Assembly: GCA_014360005.1 (NCBI GenBank)
Contig: JACIYI010000013.1
Coordinates: 14,494 to 78,493, forward strand
DNA from: Candidatus Aminicenantes bacterium
GTDB lineage: Bacteria > Acidobacteriota > Aminicenantia > Aminicenantales > Saccharicenantaceae
Reading direction: 5' to 3'
DNA: 64,000 nt
Shown piece by piece: positions 58,793 through 64,000 of this stretch. Both the position numbers and the translations under genes were made by a program. The notes beneath the pieces are model-generated. The model worked only from the letters and a program-made list of their open reading frames with translations, was not told where the DNA came from and did no database searches. Position 1 is the first letter of the stretch; each line of letters begins with the position of its first letter.

Positions 58793-59737
58793 TTATTCTC
58801 CTTCAGCCTTAATCTGGCCAAGCCGTAGGGCGACAAAAAGTGGTTTATCTTCCGGCAGTTTCCGGCCGAAGTTAGAAATTGTTTCCTGGGCCTTTTCAGA
58901 TATAAGAAAATTTACCAGGGCTTCAGCCCCGGTGGTGTTAATCTTGCCCGTTAAATCGCGGATGCTAATGGCCGAATAAATATTTCTATGCTGTTCATCC
59001 CGGGTTAGAATCTCCAGATGCAACCCGGCCCGGAGTTTATGGAAGGTCGGGAAATCGGTCAGTATGTAAGCCTGCTTTTCTGAAGCTATCCGCAGGCTCT
59101 CGGCCATTCCCTGGCCAGTCTGAAGGTACCAATCGCCCGAAGGATTAATTCCAGAAGCTTTCCAGATTTTCATTTCCAGATGATGGGTGCCGGATTTATC
59201 GGCCCGGCTGACAAAAGGATGACTGGCCGAAGCGATTCTGGTAAAAGCTTCAATAAAAGATTTTCCGCTGATGCCGGCTTCATCCGCCGCCGGTCCGGCG
59301 ATCACCATGTCACTGGCCATGAATTCTTCCCGCCTTAGGCCGAAGCCCTCTTCCATGAATTTGGCTTCCAGGTCAGGGGCATGAACCAGGAGCAGGTCAG
59401 CCACCTGGCGACGGCCCATCTCCAGTGCTTCCCCGGTGCCCACGGCAATAACTTTAACCTTGAGTCCAGATTCTTTTTCAAATACCGGCCTCAGCTGGTC
59501 CAGCAGGCCGCTGTCTTCAAGGCTGGTGGTAGTAGCCACAATCAGCTCACCGCTGATATTTTTTGTAGTCGTAGCTTTTTCCCGGCTGCCTTGGTCTTCA
59601 ACTTTTTTACCCTGATTGATACGGCTACCTATTACCCAGACGAGCAAGAACATCAGCCCTACCAGAAAAACATAGAATATTTTTCTCTTCCTGCTCCGGT
59701 CTGAGATTGTTGATGTCAATTCTTTTTTCTCTTCCAT
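58793..59737 (-). CDS. tupA: tungstate-binding periplasmic protein
   Basis: 'VATTTSLEDSGLLD', 'VIAVGTGEAL..GRR..ADLLLVHAP' match TupA-type binding proteins; N-terminal membrane anchor. Confidence 0.75.
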   Translation of the reverse strand: MEEKKELTSTISDRSRKRKIFYVFLVGLMFLLVWVIGSRINQGKKVEDQGSREKATTTKNISGELIVATTTSLEDSGLLDQLRPVFEKESGLKVKVIAVGTGEALEMGRRQVADLLLVHAPDLEAKFMEEGFGLRREEFMASDMVIAGPAADEAGISGKSFIEAFTRIASASHPFVSRADKSGTHHLEMKIWKASGINPSGDWYLQTGQGMAESLRIASEKQAYILTDFPTFHKLRAGLHLEILTRDEQHRNIYSAISIRDLTGKINTTGAEALVNFLISEKAQETISNFGRKLPEDKPLFVALRLGQIKAEGE

Positions 59738-59827
59738 TATCTTAAATATTCATTTGTATTATTCCTGGCAGGATAGGTCTCCATTTATCCTTTAGAAACT
59801 ATGTCCTTTCTCCATCTCTTCTGATAT

Positions 59828-59865
59828 AAAAAAAGGGCAGGCCTTCCACCAGGAAAGCATGCCCT
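59828..59865 (-). terminator. intrinsic terminator (riboswitch expression platform)
   Basis: Minus strand GGGCAUGC-loop-GGCCUGCCC followed by U7. Confidence 0.65.
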
Positions 59866-59880
59866 GAAAATTCATCCTTT

Positions 59881-59976
59881 ACTCCTTTCCTGAGCGGGAG
59901 GCAGTGGCCGTTTCCAGCCATACCCTATCGGCCGGCGTCCATACCTTAATGGCTCCAGGCTCACCGGCTCGGAGTC
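59881..59976 (-). promoter_or_regulatory. Moco/Tuco (molybdenum/tungsten cofactor) riboswitch aptamer
   Basis: Minus strand: ACUCCGAGCC...GCCUGGAGCC...GCCUCCC...GGAAAGGAGU; P1 ACUCC/GGAGU; conserved CCGAGCC, GCCUCCC and GGAAAGG blocks of the Moco RNA motif; sits upstream of tupABC-moeA. Confidence 0.75.
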
Positions 59977-60008
59977 TTAACAATTATCAAAGATCAGAAC
60001 TCCCTAAT

Positions 60009-60037
60009 AATATATTTTGATGCAGCCTTCAGGTCAA
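60009..60037 (-). promoter_or_regulatory. sigma70-like promoter candidate for riboswitch-tupABC-moeA
   Basis: TTGACC-N17-TATATT on the minus strand, ~33 nt upstream of aptamer P1. Confidence 0.45.
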
Positions 60038-60369
60038 GCCTTTAGGAATTTTGGCTTCTGTTTTGACCTGCTGGGAGAACAGAAGTTTACAGATAATTCT
60101 TCGTTTTCTTCTCTTTTTATATTCAATGACAACTTAAAAGAAATGAAAAATTGGCGCTTTGACTGGACAGACTCTCTGACTGTCTCAGTTACCCAGTCCA
60201 TCGCTCTAAAATCAAGTTATAGAATGCCTTAGGCCCATCTTCCAGCACCACATTTCTGCGGCTGTTTGATAACATTGGCTTGCCTACTGGTTTAACTATT
60301 ATTATTGGAAAAAACTGGATTCATTCTTTACAGCTCTTCTGGTTATTAATTTTTGAAGACAGCTCCTGA

Positions 60370-62304
60370 TTAAAATCTGACTGACAGTCCCGCCTGTAGC
60401 AAAAAGCCTGAAAATTCAAGGTTAACCGGAGGTGAACCGGGTATGAAAAATGACATCTCAAAACCGTCAAAATTTGCCTGTCGGTAACCGCCCAGGAAGA
60501 AAAAGGAAATACTGGAGGAGACCTCAAATTCAGGGCCGGCCGCTATGCTGAATCCGATAGCTCCGTCATTTCCGGCGGTTATGAATCCATTTTCTTCTTC
60601 CTGATAGTGGGCCCGGCAGTAAAGAAGAGCCGATCTGGCCACCAGCCTGGTCGCAGTGAGTATCTCGTTGCTTCTTGCGGATAAATAGAGCCCATAAGAG
60701 GCAAGAGAGTGAGATGAAGTGTAAACACTTCCGACTGCGTTAAGAGGGCCAGAGTGGTGGGTTGAAGACCTATCGAAGGTTAGGCCAACTTCTAACACCT
60801 CCGACCATTGCCAGCCCAGGCTTACAGCAAAGCCATTTTCCCAGCCGAAGGGCTTTAATTCTGCCTCCCAAGTCTGATTTATATAATCAAGGTAGCCATT
60901 CAGATCTTTCATTGAGGGTGAGGCTCCATGATACAGCACTGAAAAGATGAAATTCTGGCGGGTTCTCCCCCGGCCTTCTCTTCCGATTCTTTCGCCGGCC
61001 GGGGCACCCAGAGAACCGGGGAGTTTGCCAATTTCCCTTTCGGCCTTCTTCCGGATATCCTCAGTCTGATCGACGGGAGGAGCTGGCCACCTGGTTCCTT
61101 TAACCTGCTTGATAATCTCTTCTGCCACTTCCTTTGGCGGGGGCGATGGATTCTCGCAGGAAGCCCATTTGTTCCACAGATCCAGCTGCTGTTCCAGGTC
61201 CCGAAGCCTCAGTTCCTGTCTCATGATTTCATCGCCGACCTTATTGGCAAAATCAGTAACTGAAACCAGCAACCTGTCAAGCATCTGGCGATGTTCCGGC
61301 GGGGCATTGGGTTTAAGATATTCCTTTTGAAAATTCATCACCAGATTCTGGATTCGCTGCACTGATTGCCATATCTCACGCATCCGGAGTCGGATAAGAG
61401 CAATGTAGGCTTTAATTTTGGCCTTAATAGCTTCGATTTTATCTTTTTCGGCCTGGGTCAGAGGCTTGGGCCTTTTTCTCCAGGCCTCCAGCTGCTGAAG
61501 TAAATTTTCTATTTGTTTCCAGCTGGAAGAAATATTGCCTATGGCCCAGTTGTAAAATTTGTTGTGGTAATTTATTTCGCACATATAAGCCCGCAGCTCA
61601 TCCCATTGAACCGGCAGCTGGCAGCTCTGGTATTCTTCCTGAATAGCCCGGGCTAGCTGGCCATCATCCATCTTCGAATGCATACCTTCATGCATCAGGC
61701 TTGCGGCGAACATGTGATAGTTTTCCTGGCGCAGCTCTTTCAGCAGCCGGTCAAAAAGTTTTCCTCCTATCATATGCTTAAGCCGATTCTTGCTTGCCTC
61801 ATCGTGGAAATAGGGTTCGAGCCAGCCCATTTTGCTGGCAAACTCCTGGGCAGCCGCGGGGTCGTTGGCCCTCATCGCCCGGTAACTGGCGACTATACCT
61901 CGGCTGGTAAAAGTCCCATAGTTGGCGACAGACATCCGCAGGTAGGCAGAGTTATAGATCTCCATTTCCAGTTTGCCGTTAGGGTTAAAAAAGTGAGTCA
62001 TAAAATATCGTTCGGAAGTCGTGTAATAAACGTGATTCGGGAAATACTGCCTGGCCCGCTCCCAGGCCCCTCCATAATGACCTGAGGTCCATTCCTTGCT
62101 GGAAAAAGCAAATCTCATGGAGTGAAACGGCGAATTCAGCACAGTCTGGATCACAGTCCTTCTCGGATCATCAGGGCTGATGTTCTTAAATAACATCCGT
62201 TGCTGGGCGAAAGAACTTATAACCGAAGCCATGAATAAGAATACAGTCCAGAGAAATATAGGTAATATTCTGGATTGTCCTTTATCCTGACATCTGGATT
62301 TCAT
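60370..62304 (-). CDS. secreted HExxH-motif protein with coiled-coil middle and C-terminal outer-membrane beta-barrel-like domain
   Basis: Signal peptide ('SSFA|QQ'); 'LMHEGMH' at aa 203-209; heptad-rich aa ~260-400; last ~180 aa alternate in beta-strand fashion and end in 'GLSVRF'. Confidence 0.6.
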   Translation of the reverse strand: MKSRCQDKGQSRILPIFLWTVFLFMASVISSFAQQRMLFKNISPDDPRRTVIQTVLNSPFHSMRFAFSSKEWTSGHYGGAWERARQYFPNHVYYTTSERYFMTHFFNPNGKLEMEIYNSAYLRMSVANYGTFTSRGIVASYRAMRANDPAAAQEFASKMGWLEPYFHDEASKNRLKHMIGGKLFDRLLKELRQENYHMFAASLMHEGMHSKMDDGQLARAIQEEYQSCQLPVQWDELRAYMCEINYHNKFYNWAIGNISSSWKQIENLLQQLEAWRKRPKPLTQAEKDKIEAIKAKIKAYIALIRLRMREIWQSVQRIQNLVMNFQKEYLKPNAPPEHRQMLDRLLVSVTDFANKVGDEIMRQELRLRDLEQQLDLWNKWASCENPSPPPKEVAEEIIKQVKGTRWPAPPVDQTEDIRKKAEREIGKLPGSLGAPAGERIGREGRGRTRQNFIFSVLYHGASPSMKDLNGYLDYINQTWEAELKPFGWENGFAVSLGWQWSEVLEVGLTFDRSSTHHSGPLNAVGSVYTSSHSLASYGLYLSARSNEILTATRLVARSALLYCRAHYQEEENGFITAGNDGAIGFSIAAGPEFEVSSSISFFFLGGYRQANFDGFEMSFFIPGSPPVNLEFSGFLLQAGLSVRF

Positions 62305-62559
62305 AAGACCCTCCTTGTTTCCGCTACAAACAGATTATCTTGCTGTCAGCTCAATTGGAGTGATTCAGGTCAAGATAAAATATTAAATTGGTGGGAAACT
62401 GCCAGCCGCATAATCTCCCCTGTGTCTGTCAGGTTCAAAATTTGTTGAGTCAAGAATAATCCAGAATTTAACTCAATGTCAACGACAGTCTATAGTCTAT
62501 AATAGCAGTATATCGCCTGGCGTTGGTCTGAACCTTAAGTTACTTTTTTAATTTTTAAT

Positions 62560-63408
62560 TCAGAGCCAGAGCTGGGCCACTTCGGGCACAGAAGCCCGGT
62601 CCACCAGGCTGATAGCCCCGGCCGGGCAGGCGCCGCGGCAGATCCCGCAGCCGTAGCATTTTTTAAGGTCCACCTCGGCCTTATGGCCATTTTTAGCAGG
62701 TAAATAGGCTCCAAACGGACAGATTTTCTGGCATTCTCCACAATTGATGCATCTTTCCGGGTCAACCACGGCCAGGTATTCGCCCCTGAACATAACCGGC
62801 GTTTTATGCAGGAGAGAAGTTCTCATGGCCATACAGCCTGGAAGTGAGCAATTACACAGACCGCCGATAAAAGGCGTCAGGAAAGTCCAGACGCTGTGGC
62901 ATAATCCATCCGTCTCGCAGTGGCGCATTTGTTCCAGTGCTTCCTCTTTGGAGAGATATTCCAGGCCTCCAGTCTGCGGTCCTATTAGATAAGAAGCATC
63001 AATCCCTTTCAGGATATTTACCATCTCCCCGCCCTGGGGAGCCAAACTCAGACCGTAGCAGAAACGCTGTTCCGAACCCAGAATAGCTTTCCGGCAGATA
63101 CAGGCCAGCCGGACAACGGAGGTAGTCGTCTCCAGGATTTTTTCCACATCCTCAATGGGAATGACCTGACCGAAGTGGTAAGGCATCTGCTTTTTAGTTA
63201 TCTTTTTACGTATAAAATTCCTCAGCAGAGCCGGCAGCTTATCCAGGCTGGCCAGGCCTCTTTCGCTCTTCTTTAAATGATCTGAATTGCTGAAGAATTC
63301 CTCTATCAGCCGCCGCCTTCTAAGGTCATTCAGCAGGTCTTCTGAATAGTTCCGGGCCTCCAGGTACCACTTCTTCCCTTCTCCGTGTTGATGGCAGAAA
63401 TTACACAT
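62560..63408 (-). CDS. Cys-rich iron-sulfur protein with C-terminal 2x[4Fe-4S] ferredoxin domain
   Basis: 'CINCGECQKICP' and 'CYGCGICRGACP' motifs; additional N-terminal 'MCNFCHQHG' and central 'CNCSLPGC' Cys groups. Confidence 0.65.
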   Translation of the reverse strand: MCNFCHQHGEGKKWYLEARNYSEDLLNDLRRRRLIEEFFSNSDHLKKSERGLASLDKLPALLRNFIRKKITKKQMPYHFGQVIPIEDVEKILETTTSVVRLACICRKAILGSEQRFCYGLSLAPQGGEMVNILKGIDASYLIGPQTGGLEYLSKEEALEQMRHCETDGLCHSVWTFLTPFIGGLCNCSLPGCMAMRTSLLHKTPVMFRGEYLAVVDPERCINCGECQKICPFGAYLPAKNGHKAEVDLKKCYGCGICRGACPAGAISLVDRASVPEVAQLWL

Positions 63409-63541
63409 TTAAACCTTCTACTATTTCATCCTTCCATTAAACAGGCCGCCTGTCAATTGATATTTTTGCGAAATGACATCTTATAAAATCTGTGGGTAAA
63501 ATCGTCGGAACTTTTCCCTGATATGCTGGAGCCGCTCTGGT

Positions 63542-64000
63542 CTATTTTTTCTCCTCAATCCAGGACATCTTTTCATTCCATTCTTTTATCAATTTCTCTT
63601 TTTTCTCCCGGTTATCAAGATAGATTCTGAGGTTGATTATCTCATCGCGGAAAGCCAGGCCCAGCAAAAGAATAGCTTCTGGCTGGCTGGCTTTTACCTC
63701 TTCACCGAGAACTTCATTTATAAAGTTCTCCACTTCACGGTTTATGATTGGCTTCATTATAAGGTCTGGGTCGGGCGCGGCCGTCATTTTCATTATCTGC
63801 AACAGCCTCTGATAACGGACAAAAAATGGTCCATCTATTTGCTTCTGTTCCCGGAGCTGGCGTGCCTCGGTCATTGAGTCTCTGAGCAATTGGTAAATCT
63901 TCTCTACTTCCCACCTTCCAGATTTACTTGCTTCCTGGATAATCTGTTTCAAATCATCCAGCAAAACATAACCGTCCTTTTTAGGTACTGTCTGGCCGGG
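63542..64000 (-). CDS. hypothetical helical protein, 5'-truncated by the window edge
   Basis: Reading frame stays open from 63964 to the window end (…PGQTVPKKDGYVLLDDLK…); AT-rich, Lys/Glu-rich; no recognisable motif. Confidence 0.45.
   Translation of the reverse strand, partial: PGQTVPKKDGYVLLDDLKQIIQEASKSGRWEVEKIYQLLRDSMTEARQLREQKQIDGPFFVRYQRLLQIMKMTAAPDPDLIMKPIINREVENFINEVLGEEVKASQPEAILLLGLAFRDEIINLRIYLDNREKKEKLIKEWNEKMSWIEEKK

Noticed and set aside
60017-60232. 71-aa plus-strand ORF upstream of the tup promoter region
   Set aside because: It starts at a non-ATG codon with no SD, its composition is AT-rich and low-complexity, and it overlaps the predicted tup promoter on the other strand. 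It is likely non-coding.
1-64000. CRISPR arrays, tandem repeat arrays, rRNA, RNase P, SRP and tmRNA genes
   Set aside because: I scanned all intergenic regions of about 100 nt or longer by eye and found no regularly spaced direct repeats. The hallmark strings (for example GAGGAAAGTCC for RNase P, or the tmRNA tRNA-like end) were also absent. A computational scan could still find weak elements.

Overview
Dense, mostly housekeeping chromosomal segment, mid-50s % GC by eye. It comes from a diderm, probably anaerobic bacterium of an uncultivated type (S46 peptidase, CarboxypepD_reg/TonB-type outer-membrane protein, tungsten-type AOR, FeoAB). The phylum cannot be determined from the sequence alone. 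I call 57 CDS, 2 tRNAs (Leu-CAA, Gly-CCC), one riboswitch and a few promoters and terminators. I found no rRNA, CRISPR array, transposase, integrase, phage gene or recognisable defence or toxin-antitoxin module. Neither tRNA is flanked by an integrated element. Main blocks: (i) 0-10 kb, amino-sugar/peptidoglycan salvage (nagB, Na+/solute symporter, FGGY kinase, DUF1343/NamZ-like, transglutaminase-like lipoprotein) with a glutamine-synthetase-family gene. (ii) 15-21 kb, two divergent ECF sigma operons, one with an HtrA-like protein that lacks the catalytic His and Asp, the other with a Lia-like membrane/DUF4097 module. (iii) uvrB-uvrC, feoAB, S46 peptidase. (iv) secA-guaB and panBCD. (v) 46.8-60 kb, a tungsten/molybdopterin supercluster: AOR, MoaD-like carrier, ALDH, then tupABC-moeA, moaA, moaC, MOSC, mogA, mobB, thiF-like, ppnP, fronted by a Moco/Tuco-class riboswitch. 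(vi) 60-64 kb, a more AT-rich stretch with uncharacterised genes: an HExxH protein with a C-terminal beta-barrel, a Cys-rich Fe-S protein and a partial helical protein. I do not see a clear-cut new multi-gene system. The best second-look candidates are the pseudo-protease ECF operon, the HExxH/beta-barrel protein, a 24-bp AT-rich operator-like motif present twice (upstream of moaA and in an apparently gene-less convergent spacer), the riboswitch, and the structured panBCD leader. All protein calls rest on motif recognition by eye in the supplied translations. No database search was run.
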